Of a stretch of 64,000 nt of DNA, positions 1 through 11,656 are shown piece by piece. Within the stretch, counting starts at the first letter, position 1. Each line of letters begins with the position of its first letter. The notes beneath the pieces were generated by a model that ran no database searches, was not told the DNA's origin, and was given only the letters and a program-made list of their open reading frames with translations. The stretch comes from Octopus vulgaris. Taxonomy: Eukaryota. The translations under genes were made by a program, and so were the position numbers. Where the stretch lies: positions 76,632,001-76,696,000 of the forward strand of contig OX597814.1 of the NCBI GenBank assembly GCA_951406725.2, read 5' to 3'.

Positions 1-122
1 GCTGATTTAGTCGCCAACAACCCGACCATGCAACAGGTTGTACTGGATTCCATGTTACCTGTAGCACTTATGAGAGCCTCATAAGTGACCTGACATACAT
101 ACATACATATATTCATACATAC

Positions 123-1070
123 ATGGGATTACATCATAGAGCATAGGGAGGTAGTACCATGACAATATTTCAGGACAGCTGCTAACTACATGCATGGCAT
201 CTTCCACAGAAACATGATGTAGCCTACACGTGTGGCTGCACCTTGGGATTACAAGTGCATCACTGTCTCTCTTGTTCACTAGATACTTTGTGGCTATCTC
301 CTGTTCCTGGATTGCAAATGCATAGCCTTCAAAGTGTGATGTGATGTAGTGGTCTTGTGTCCAAGAGAGGCTGCACTTTGTGTCAATTCTACTGTCTTCT
401 TCAAGCTTCCGGGCAACATACCCATGCATAGTTTTTTTTTTCTTTTGTATGTTGTCACAGTACTACATTGTGGCACAATGTTGTTGCTAAAACAATTTAC
501 AATGCCATCCACAAAAAAGACTGTCCTGAAACAAGCTTAGAAAATCCCTCTGTTATGGAATACATTCATGAACACCAACTTAAGGAATACTGGTGGAATA
601 TTCCCATCAAAGCTTCTGTCAAATGTAAACATAACAGGCCAGATATTGTTTGGGACAGAGGGGCCAAGGCATGTACCATCATAGAGATCAGCTACTCTGC
701 AGATATAAATATCTCTTTGAAAATCAAAGGAAAAGAGGATATCTATGGACAACTGCTTCAAAACCTCCAGCTTTTATATCCAGACTATGAATTCATATTC
801 ATATCAATAATAATTAGAGCACTAGGTTTTGTTAGTAAATGCTTAAAGGAGGATCTAGATAAACTAAGATTTTCAGAAAGAGAAATTGACCGACTGATTC
901 ATACATCACAAGTGCAACCTGTGAGTGAAACAGTAAAAATATGCAAGACTTTTCTCAAGTTACAAATGTGAATTTGTCTGTGTTAACTACATTCCGAAGA
1001 TGGAGCCTTATATATTTGTTGGAAACTGGCTCCCTCCTCAGTGGAAGATTTATAATAATTTGAAAATAGA
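123..1070 (+). mobile_element. 5'-truncated, 5'-inverted non-LTR retrotransposon (R4/Dong/NeSL-like, CCHC zinc knuckle plus restriction-like endonuclease)
   Basis: The minus-strand ORF 79..429 carries MHGY..AIQEQEIAT..CRLH..E..H..SSC. The plus-strand ORF 468..971 continues with HNVVAK..HNRPDIV..IIEIS..K..Y (REL PD-(D/E)xK fold). Both ends are flanked by (CATA/TACA)n. Confidence 0.8.
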
Positions 1071-1242
1071 TACATACATACATACATACATAATGACCAA
1101 TTTGTTAATAATAAATAATTGTTATCTTCCTAATCTCAAATTTCTTTTCTCCTTTTAACTGGATATAAACTACATGCTTAATATATATCTATTGTTTTAA
1201 GGGAATTTCATTCCCCACCAATACTAGATTTTTGAACCTGTA

Positions 1243-1582
1243 TGGTGAAGGCACATGGCTCAGTGGTTAGAGCGTCAAGCTTACGATCGTGAGGTTGTGG
1301 GTTTGATTCCCTGACCAGGCTGCGTGTTGTGTTCTTGAGCGAGACACTTTATTTCATGTTGCTCCAATTAACTCAGCTGTAGAAATGAGTTGTGATATCA
1401 CTGGTGCCATGCTATATTGGCCTTTGCCGTTCCCTTGGATAACATTGGTGGTGTGGAGAGGGGAGGATGGTATGCATGGGCAACTGCTGGCCTTCCACAA
1501 ACAACTTTGCCCAGACTTGTGCCTCAGAGAGTAACTTTCTAGGTGCAATCCCATGGTCATTCATGACCAAAGTGGGTCTCTT
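1243..1582 (+). mobile_element. tRNA-derived SINE (family A)
   Basis: A box TGGCTCAGTGG and B box GGTTTGATTCC, followed by the central motif GTGTTGTGTTCTTGAGCGAGACACTTT. A related decayed copy lies at about 44385..44710. Confidence 0.75.
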
Positions 1583-1755
1583 AGCCAGTGGAGATTTTGG
1601 TCTACCTTGTCATGTCTACACTTGTACTCTTTCTGCGCAAGACTTTCATAAGCACTAACAATGTGAGTCACACTTTCGACCCTCTTCCCACACATTCTGC
1701 AGAGGCCCATTGCACTTGTGTGACACATATTCTTTTTCACTGAGCTGGTATCCAA
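1583..1755 (-). mobile_element. R4/Dong-like non-LTR fragment (zinc knuckle region)
   Basis: Translation CRMCGKRVESVTHIVSAYESLAQKEYKCRHDKV matches the CCHC plus RHD motif of REL elements. Confidence 0.7.
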
Positions 1756-1767
1756 TTACTTGTGTGG

Positions 1768-1772
<5 letters not shown>

Positions 1773-1820
<48 letters not shown>

Positions 1821-1827
1821 TGTTATA

Positions 1828-1920
<93 letters not shown>

Positions 1921-1958
1921 ATTATTATTATTATTATCATTATTATTATTATTATTAT
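1773..1958. repeat. Compound microsatellite: (TAA)n abutting (TTA)n
   Basis: Directly visible. It produces the spurious poly-N/I/Y ORFs in the track. Confidence 0.95.
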
Positions 1959-4715
1959 CCATCATATACACTCAACAAATTAGATTGTTGGAAAAGAAAA
2001 GAATCCTAACATCGGGCTACAACAAGTTGCCTTAAATGCCAAAAACCCTCCTAAGTATCCTAGCTGTCCCTAATAACTCTGTTTTCTACAGCTGTACTAA
2101 ACTGGGTTTTATGCTTATTTCCTCTATCCATCTATTCAGATCTTTAGGAAAAGTTCCCAGTGCACCTATAACTACTAAGATACATTTTACCTGCACTTTC
2201 CATAGTCTCTGTAAATCAATAGCTAGGTCCTGGTACTTTGCTATTTTTTCTATACTTCTCATATTAATTTTTTCATCATTTGGAATTATAAAGTCAGTTA
2301 TCTGGCACTTTCAATTCTCCTTATCTACTACTTCCAAATCAGGCATTCTAGCTTCTGTTACTCCGTCAGTCAGAATTTTAAAGTCCCACAACATCTTATA
2401 CTTTTTGCTTTCTAATATTTTACTAGGTTCATGTTCATACCATTTATCAGTATGTTCAAATCCTAGCTTTCTACAAAGCTCCCAGTGGATTGCTCTTCCT
2501 AGATTGTCAATCTTTTCTTATATTCTTTCTGTGCCAGCATGCTACCTATATTCACTTACTATATGAGTAATGCTTTCCTCTTTGCATTTGCATAATCTAC
2601 ATTGGGAATCTACTTGGTTTTTGTCTATTTTGGCTTTTATTCAATTAGTCCTTAATGCTTGATCGTGTGTAGCTACTAACGAACTTTCTGTCTTCCTCTT
2701 CAGCTTTCTTTTCTGCAACCATAACCATGTTTCATTACTACTGTTTACTGAAACTATCTTTGGGAATCTACCATACAATGCCTTCTCCTGCCAGTCAGAT
2801 AATTTCTGTTCTTTTTTTTTTTTTTGATTCTTAAGTTCGTTTGGTGTTTTGGTTTCCCTAAGTCTTGCTGTGACTCTAGCAGCTTTTAATAAACTTTCTT
2901 CACTATTACCTATATAGGAGTCTCTATCTACTCTAGCTAACTCGATGCAGTCTTCCACTGATATTAACCTTCTTCCACCTTCCTTTCTAGGTAGGTATAA
3001 TCTTGCTACTCCTGTCTTTGGGTGGAGTCCTCCATTCATATTGAATTCCTTCCTGCTAATTCAGATTTTGTTCAATCTACAGAAGCTGCTGAATATCTAA
3101 GTAATGATACTGCTCAAGTATTTACAGCCTTCACTAGATTTGAACCATCTAGCTTTGACTTCATTAGCTCCCTCACTCTTCTGAAGAACTTCTCAATTTT
3201 CATTTTCATTTCTGTACTCTGTCAGATTCTAATACTCCTAGATACTTATAACTCTCTTGCCTTTCAATGATTTTAATGTCTGGCCATTTGGTAATTGAAT
3301 GCTTTCATTGTTCACTACCTGTCCGCTTCTCATGATTAATATTGCACACTTATCTATGCCAAATTCCATGCCTATATCTTTGCTGAAGAGTCTTACAGTT
3401 TGTATTAAGGAATCAATCTCTTATTCATTCTTAATAAAAAGCTTCAGATCATCCATGTGGAGCAAATGGTCAATTTTTCCATTACTATTTCTGAACTGAT
3501 ACCCTGCCTTGGCCTTCCTTAATATTAAACTGAGGGAGATCAAACATAGAACAAATATTAATGGGGACAACCAACCCCTTGGAAAAGTTCTCTTTTGATA
3601 TTAACTTTCCCTAAGAGTGTGTCACCTGAGTATAGATCTACTTTCCATTTTTTCATGCTAAAGCTAATTAATTCTCATATGTTGGCTATTATACTGAATA
3701 TACTCAAACATTCACTTCCCTGTGAGTGTGGGATCATGTCAGAGGTTTTCCTATAATCTATTCATGCTATTGTTAGTTTTTTCTTTCTAACTTTTACTTC
3801 ATTTAGAACTGCTTTGTCCATATATAATAGATCATGCATTCCTCTAGCCTTCTTTCTACAACCTATATGTTTTTCTGGTAGTAAACTCTGATTGTCAAGT
3901 TGCTCGTAAATGCTTTCTGAAAGCATTCCTGTTAATAGCTTCAACACTAATGACAAGCAAGTGATTGGTCTATAGTTGCTAGCTGTATTACCCTTGCTCT
4001 TATCCTTCATAATGCGTATTGTCCTCCCTCTAGTCATCCAATCTGGTATTATACTTCCATTAAGGCAATCCTGAAGTTGTTCCCTCAGCCTCCCATGTTA
4101 ACTAAATTTCTTTAGCCAGTACCTTTGAACTAAATCTGGTCCGGGGCCCTTCCAATTTGGCATATTTCCTAATATTTTACTCATTAATGCACTAGTTAAT
4201 CTTAGATCTGACTACTTCTCACTCACTACTTCTTCCCTCACTTTCTTTAACCATACTGCATCTCCAGCACTTTGTTCTCCACTATTTATTTGGTTATAAA
4301 ATCTTCTCTGGTCTGTCTCAAATAATCTCTTCGGTTGATACTCATCCATTCTTTTCTGATATCTGGAGAGCTTGCCTGCAACTGCTATGATACACTGTTT
4401 CAATTCTTCTGTAACTGTCCCAAATCCTTTCTCTTTGACTAAATATCTTTTCTCAAGGGAAGATTTGCTTCTTGTGTTTCTATTCTACTCAGATCTTGCC
4501 TTAAAGTCTCCACTTTAATTTGTAGTCTCCTTTTCCATATTTACTCTTTTTAAATATTTCTCTGTGAGATATTTAATCTCCTGGTGACTACTACCCCTCC
4601 TGCATAGATCAATAAGTCAGTGTCTTCTATATTTTTAGTATCTATCCTCCTGATAACAGAATCTACTTTCCTAGTCACTTCTTGTTGCTTCCTTCTGCCT
4701 TTTAATGCTGGCAAT
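1959..4715 (-). mobile_element. Decayed R4/Dong-like non-LTR retrotransposon (RT, CCHC, REL endonuclease)
   Basis: Fragments RLFETDQRRFY, RGRTIRIMKDKSKGNTASNYRPITCL, LHPKTGVARLYLPRKEGGRRL and HDQALRTN, then a CRLCK..ESITHIVS knuckle. Many stops and frameshifts. The 3' end runs into (TAA)n on the minus strand and the 5' end abuts (AAG)n/(TAA)n. Confidence 0.85.
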
Positions 4716-4716
4716 C

Positions 4717-4779
4717 ATTTTCTTCTTCTTCTTCTTCTTCTTCTTCTTCGTCTCCTCTTCCTCCTCCCCCTCTTTATTA

Positions 4780-4850
<71 letters not shown>
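4717..4850. repeat. (CTT)n plus (ATT)n microsatellite
   Basis: Directly visible. Confidence 0.95.
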
Positions 4851-5318
4851 GAGTGAGAGAGCAGTGCATGCCATGAAAATGTCACTATGGTAAAATACAC
4901 AAAGCCCAGTATACCCATCATGGCTACATGTCTGATAAGGGTACACCAGGCATATGCATCACAACCTTATGTGCGCGACATGGTGATCTCATATCAAGTA
5001 TTAACAATACATGACCTTGCAGGTGGGGCCCAATTAGAATTTTCTTCAGGTCGATTAGCCCATCCTGCTCAAAAGGTCCCTGAATAAGGGTTATTTAAGG
5101 ATGTTGAATGAAACATCCAAGTTTCTTGAGGTGAATTATCATCATCATCATCATCATCATCTAATCTCAAATCCATCAGCAATGAGCAGCTGGCAACAAA
5201 AGCAAGCATAGATGATGCTGGAAGCCTTTAGCTTGAAGCTTGCACGGATGTAAGATGTTTACGAAAGAAACAACTGTCATGAGCTGACAGTTATCCATTG
5301 TATGTTATTATTCATTTG

Positions 5319-5356
<38 letters not shown>

Positions 5357-5574
5357 ATGTGTGTGTGTGTGTGCGCTTGTGTGTGTGTATCAAGAGAGAG
5401 AGAGAGAGAGAGCGATCCATTACTGGTTGCAAATTTCTGGAGACATTATGAAGTAACTCCAAGCCTTCAGAAACAGCTCTCAGTCTTGCAACACCATACC
5501 TTCTCCCCTCTTTGAGTCTATGTAATCTGAGTAAGTTTGCTGTAATCCAAGTAAGTTTGCTGTATTAATGTATA

Positions 5575-5785
5575 TTCTTTTATCCTTTTATTTGTTTACC
5601 TGTTTCAGTTATATGACTGTGGCCATGTTGGAGCACCGCCTTTAGTCGATCAAATCGACCCCAGAACTTATTGTTTGTAAGCCTAGTATTTGATCTGTCA
5701 GACTCTTTTGCTGAACTGCTAAGTTACAGGGACTAAACACACCAACATCAGTTGTGAAACGATGGTCGCGGGACAAAGACACACT
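5575..5785 (-). mobile_element. SINE family B, 3' part
   Basis: Reverse-complement match to the 3' half of the copy at 36901..37317. Confidence 0.8.
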
Positions 5786-5799
5786 TATATATATATACA

Positions 5800-7020
5800 T
5801 ATGGGTTTCGTTGACATGGAGAAAGCCTTTGACAGGGTCCCCCAAACCCTTATCTGGTGGTCAATGAGGAAACTAGGTATAGATGAATGGTTAGTGAGAC
5901 CTGTGTGAGCCATGTACAGGTATGCTATCAGTAAGGTGAAGGTTGGCAATGAGTACAGTGAAGAATTCCGAGTAGAGGTAGGGGTCCACCAAGGTTCAGT
6001 CCTCAGCCCCCTACTATTTATCATAGTCCACCTGGCAATAACAGAAGAATTCAAGACAGGATGCCCCTGGGAGCTCCTCTATGCTGATGACCTTGCTCTA
6101 ATTCCTGAGTCACTATCAGAACTAGAGGAGAAACAAAGATTAGAATCGAAGAGCCTTAGAGTCAACCTAGCTAAAACCAAAGTCCTAATAAGTAGGAAGG
6201 TAGACAAATCACAAATTCCTTCAGATAGATGGCTCTGCTCGATCTGTAGAAAAGGCGTAGGTAGAGACTCTATATGATGTACCCAGTGTAAGCTATGGAC
6301 ACATAAGAAGTGCAGCAATATCAAAGGAAGGCTAACTAGGAAGATAGTTTTTGTATGTGACAGATGCTCAGGAGCAATAAACACTGAAAATGTGCAGAGA
6401 ACAACTTCTGCAACATTCCAGGGAGAAAAACTAGAAGTAGTTGATAGCTTCTGTTACCTAGGTGACCCAGTTAGTAGCGGGTGTGGGTGCTCTGGAAGTG
6501 TAGCTGCTAGAATAAGAATAGCCTGGACAAAGTTCAGAGAGCTCCTAACTCTGCTGGTGACAAAGGGCCTCTAGGTCAGAGTAAAAGCTAAGAGCACTAT
6601 CCAAGCGTGATTGTTGCCAGGGTCACTGACTGGCCCCGTGCCAGTGGCACGTAAAAAGCACCATTTGAGCATGATCATTACCAGCGTCACTCACTGGCAT
6701 TTGTGCCGGTGGTACATGAAAAACAGCATTCGAGCGAGGGCGCTACCAGTGCTGCTGGACTGGCTCCTGTGCAGGTTACAAGAATAAACACCATTTGAGC
6801 ATGGCTGTTGCCAGTACCGCCTGACTGGCCCTCATGCTGGTGGCACATAAAAACACCCACTACACTCTCGGAGTGATTGGCATTAGGAAGGGCATCCAGC
6901 TGTAGAAACTCTACCAGATCAGATTGGAACCTGGTGCAGCCATCTGGCTCACCAATCCCCAGTCAAGCCATCCAACCCATGCCAGCATGGAAAGCGGATG
7001 TTAACTGATGATGATGATGA
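5800..7020 (+). mobile_element. 5'-truncated RTE-like LINE with PHD-like insert, repetitive 3' UTR and (GAT)n tail
   Basis: FVDMEKAFDRV, VGVHQGSVLSPLLF, LYADDL, LEVVDSFCYLG, with in-frame stops. Short subrepeats at 6590..6860. It ends CCAACCCATGCCAGCATGGAAAGCGGATGTTAAC(TGA)n. Confidence 0.85.
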
Positions 7021-7157
7021 TATATTTATATATATATATATATATATATATGATTTTGATTTTTGATTTTGATTTTTCCAGTTTCAGCTAATGAGCTGTG
7101 GCCTTTCTGGGGCACCGCCATTTGGTTTGCTACACGGTTTTACCTCACGGATGCTTT

Positions 7158-10100
7158 TTAGCAAACGCCATCTGATGCATGAGAGAGTTCGAATGCAGCT
7201 GCCCTCATCTGCACCTCCTGCCGTGAAGTTGGTTCATCCGGGACACCTGACAGGAAGAGATCCAGTCCTACTTTAAAGACATCGGCATCTACACCATGCA
7301 GGTCCCTCAGGTTCTTCGGGAGGATATTGAAGAGCCGTGGGCCTCTGAAGCCCAGGCTATCACAATATCTTGTCCTACATCTTGATGGCAAATTTGGAGT
7401 CCTTGGTACTACGCAGTGGCGTCTGGTTCTGGCATTTGTGTGACTCTCGATGCCAAAGTCTGGGACAAGACCTTCCAGGATCTTCCAGATATATATTATG
7501 GCATATCTTTCTCGCCTACGCTCCAGGGAATAGAGCTTTAATCTCTTGAGTCTCTCCCAGTAGCTCGTATGCTGCACAGAGGCTATCTTCTTCGTGTAGC
7601 TTCGTTGGATCGCCTCAAGTTCTGTGATCAACTTGACACTGGATGGTGACCATAGCTGAGAGCAATAGTCAAAGTGGCTTAGGACAAGTGTCTTCCAGAG
7701 GACCATCATGGTTTCTTGTTCTCTTGTTCTAAAGGTTCTAAGAATCCATCCAGCCAGCCGTCTACATTTCATTGTCAGTTTAGCAACATGTACATGAAAG
7801 GTCGCGTCATCACTCATGTGAATACCCAGGTCACGCACTGATTGTGCCTCTGGGATTGCAATCCCTCCGGGTCCAGTGTATTCATTGGGTATTGCATTCA
7901 GTTTTGCATGCTGATAGTATAAAGCTTGAAACTTTCCAGCATTGAACTGCATGCTATTCTTTTCAGCCCACTTGTATATTTCGTCCAGCTCACATTGCAG
8001 GTGCTTAGTGTCTTCAGGGTTCTGTATTGCCTGTGAAACTTTTGTATCATCTGCATAACTTGTGATCGTGGCTCTCCGCGTGGCTGAGGGCATGTCTGAG
8101 AGGGCCATTATGAACAGTAGTGGTCCCAAAACAGTGCCCTGTGGAACACCGCTCACTATTTGCGTGCTACCACCTGACTTCTATTCTTCAGAAAGTCATG
8201 AAGCCATTCTCCTAGTTTTCCAACTATGCCAAGATCACGCAGTTTGTGACATATCATTCCATGATCGACTTTATCGAAGGCCTTTGCGAAGTCGAGATAT
8301 ATGACTTCCACATTTGAGTGGTTGAGCAGTTGTTTCAGCACCCAGTCATAGTGCTGCAGGAGCTGAGTTAAGCAGCTTCTTCCTGGTCGGAAACCATGTT
8401 GGGTGTCAGGCAGCAAGTCATTTTCTTCAAGGAAGGTGATTAGTTTCCTTCTGACTATTCGTTCCATGACCTTGCTGATGTGTGAGGTCAGAGAGATAGG
8501 TCTGTAGTTCTTGGCCTCCGCTCTGCTACCTCCTTTATGAATAGGGCATATTTTACCTTCCTTCAGTTTTCTTGGAAGTTTGCCAGCTGCAAGGAAGCTC
8601 TGAAAGAGGAACTGCAGTGGTCTTGCTAGGACTCTCTTACATACTTTTAGGAGGATTGCCGGGAATCCATCGGGGCCAATAGCTGAGTCTGTTTTCATTT
8701 CATCTATAGCCTTTATTACATCGTCTTCCTTTATATCGATGTAATTTATCGTCGCCGCCTCTGATTCTATATCTGCAGTGGTAAAGAAGTCAGTTGGATT
8801 GCTGATTTGGAAATGCCCAAGGGGTGGAGTGAAAACACTCTTGAATTGTTCATTCAGTATTTCACTTACCCTCATTGGTTTTCCTGTGAGTGTGCCATCC
8901 TTTTCAAGGAGTGGCCCTATCCTACAGTGCACCGTAGCTGTTTCTTTGGCATACCTGTAGAAAGCTCTGGGGTTAGTTTTTATGTTGTCTATAGCCCAGG
9001 CTTCTTTGTCTGCTCTTTCCTTCTCATGGGAGAGTTGCAGACAATTTTCAATTTCCAACAGTTTTATTTTCAGGCGGGACTTTTCACTGCTTTCAATTTG
9101 TTTGTTTAGGCGATTTGAAATTTTTGTACGCCGTCTCATTAAAATTTTCCTCTCTCTGGGGATTTTGTTCTTGTGTACAGTGGCCTTTCTCTCTGGGACA
9201 CATTTGTAGCATATGGCTTGCATTACAGACATGAATTGTTGAAGTATCATGTCGATGTCCGGCGAGGAGAGACATTCAGGCCAGTTTTGTTTGAGGATCT
9301 CTTTCTCAATTTGTTTCCAGTTTGCCTTATTGAAGTTCAAGCTGGAAAGATTCTGAGGGTTTCTTGTAGGCTGCATGTCCGTGCTCTCTTTTGGCCCGTA
9401 CATGATCAGCTCTACCATGTTGTGATCCGAGAGTAGTGTCGGTGTCACTTTCACATTATGGATGAGATCCATATTATTTGTGAAGCAGAGATCCAGTGTG
9501 TTACCTGCTCTGGTTGGTTGGAGTATTACTTGCTCCATGTACAGGGTGTTGATGAGGTTCAGGAGGGACCTCGCCTGTCCTCGTTCACATCTTGTCATTC
9601 CTGGGAGAGAAAGGCCCTCGGGCCATCTGACATTGGGTAGATTGAAGTCTCCCATGAGAAGTACACTTATGTGTTGTTCTAATGGGATTAGAACTTCTAT
9701 TTTTAAAAGGCAGTCCTCAAACTTGCCCATATGACTTGGGGCATCTGGAGGGCGATATGTAGCACACACAACTACATCAAGTTGCCTTATGTGTACAATT
9801 AGTGTGTCACACACCGAGTTTGAGTATGACAAAAGGACCTGGGGTGTGAGGTCCCCACGGATGTACATAGCAACTCCTCCATGACTCCTTTCTTTTCTGT
9901 CGGTCCGTAGTACAACATACTGTGGTATGTGTAATTCCGCATCTGCTATGTCTGGTTTCAGATGCGTTTCCGTGAGTGCTATGCATAAGGCTTGATTGCA
10001 TGCGACAAAGTCTCTCAGGAACGGGACTTTTGTCCTGTTACTGTGTGTTAGTAGTCCTCTGGTGTTCAGTAGGAGCATCGAGGTGAGGTGTATGCTGTTG

Positions 10101-10222
10101 CCGGCGGTGTCCACCCTGGGTCCATCTGCTGTGGCGGTCTTGTGAACTGTGGGCAGTTCCATCTGCGAGCCTGAGCCTGATGGAGCCAGGTTAGCTGCTG
10201 TACAATCTTTTGTGCCATGCAC
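7158..10222 (-). pseudogene. LINE ORF2 (apurinic-like endonuclease plus reverse transcriptase), broken by a frameshift near 8160
   Basis: APE motifs LNTRGL, IALTETHL, GGVAMYI, YRPP, GDFNLP, LDL, SDHN. RT motifs NYRPISLTS, QHGFR, YLDFAKAFDKV, GVPQGTVLGPLLF, YADDT. Split into track ORFs 8156..10222 and 7158..8156. Confidence 0.92.
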
Positions 10223-10953
10223 AAAAAAGATTCCTGCTCAGCAGCTGCCCTTTCAACAACACGTTGGTGGTTTGTGGTACGCACCACATCTGCGTACCTC
10301 CGTTTTGGGGCAGGTGATGCGTGGTCCATCCCATTTCCTTTCGGTGGTTGGTTTCTGTGGCAGGGTCCCGGATGTGCAAAGCGGCAGCCTGCACCTTCCT
10401 CTCCATGCCGGCAGGCACCTTTCAGGTAGAACCTACATACCCGTGTGCGCTGCTTGTTTCCATCCTTTTTGGCATATGGATAGTTAGGTTTGCCTCTATC
10501 CTTGGCTTGCCCCTTGGCTTTGTCTGAGTTTTAGCTTCAGTTTTTCTTCCTTTTTTGGTTTTTTTCATCTCCATGTCCATGGCTTTTGGTGCTGGTAGGA
10601 GCATCCGCACCTGGGTTCATCTCCCGGGCAGGCCTCTCACTGGAGTTTTCTTCCTGGGCGTCTACCAGGTGGGGGTGACCCTCCTCATCAGCGCCCGCGT
10701 CTCTATCCTTGCCATCTTTACTTTGTTCGCGTTTTTCGCTGTCAAAAATGGCATCCAGCGTGTTAATGTGCAATCTGACAAGTGCGTAGGAGCGTATAAA
10801 TTCTTGCTTCTTCCGCTCTATTTGAGCTGACGTCCTTTTGTATCCGTTGTTCTTCAGCGCAGCCGTAATTATATTATTTGGATTTTCTCCGTCAGCGCAT
10901 TGCCATCCTCGCAGGAACCACGCCAGTTCGTCACGTTTCCAGGTTCTGGACAT
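10066..10953 (-). pseudogene. LINE ORF1 (Myb/SANT-like N-terminus plus CCCH zinc finger) with two adjacent in-frame stops
   Basis: Track ORFs 10537..10953 and 10066..10329 are the same frame (888 nt in total), interrupted by TGA-AGC-TAA at 10539..10531. The intervening translation contains CRFYLKGACRHGEEGAGCRFAH. Confidence 0.75.
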
Positions 10954-11656
10954 TCTTGATATTTTATCTATCTATCTATCTATCTAATTATATTATATTA
11001 ATTTATATTAATCTAATAGTGCAATAGGGGGTAGGGAGGAAATAGAGAAAGAGAGCGTCTATGTACTTAAGGAGAAATTGGGAGCCGAGAGTAAGAGAGA
11101 AGAGGAAGTGGAGAGACTGAGAGCTGAAGGAAGAGAGAGAAAGCGTCTATGTCCTTATATGTATCCGAGAGAGGAGAGTAAGATAGAAGAGAGTAATGGT
11201 GAGACAAGGAGAAGCGGGAGAGAAACTGAAGAGACAGGGAGAGAAGGAAGAAATATAGAGAGAATTTATATATTTGAAAGAGGGGAGTAAGATAGAAGAG
11301 AGTAATGAAGAGACAAGGAGAAGCGTGAGGGAGAGAACTGAAGAGACAGACAGAGAGGGGAGAATTCTAAACGAAGCTATTTGTACACACACATACACGC
11401 GCACACATACATATATATACACACATATACACATGTGTGCACATGCACATATATAAACAATAGTAACAACTGAGTATATAAAGAAACAATAATAATAATA
11501 ATAAAATAGCTGAAAGAAAACAATCCAAGAGATTTTACAGAATTTAGGCAGAGAAAAAGAGAAAAGAGAATATATATTTGTCCGTCGCTACAGACAATGT
11601 CTTCTAAAATAAAACTAATTGCGACTATACTTCTAACACACACATATACATACACA

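Larger units (their letters stand above)
7052..11376 (-). mobile_element. Near full-length CR1-group LINE (ORF1 plus APE-RT ORF2)
   Basis: Visibly more GC-rich than its flanks. ORF1 10953..10066, ORF2 10222..7158, a 3' stem-loop and an (AAAATC)n tail at 7052..7078. The 5' UTR is CT-rich with an internal duplication, and the 5' end is approximate. Confidence 0.9.

Noticed and set aside
1250-1320. tRNA gene
   Set aside because: A and B boxes are present, but the sequence continues into a SINE body and I could not fold a convincing cloverleaf.
1710-1983. Poly-N/I/Y ORFs, and similar YI, CV, HT and YLSI ORFs throughout the track
   Set aside because: These are translations of microsatellites with no splice or homology support.
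2036-2566. 176-aa plus-strand ORF
   Set aside because: It is the antisense shadow of the REL domain of the minus-strand retrotransposon.
8150-8180. Programmed ribosomal frameshift in LINE ORF2
   Set aside because: No slippery heptamer is evident and conserved residues are missing at the junction, so a deletion is the simpler explanation.
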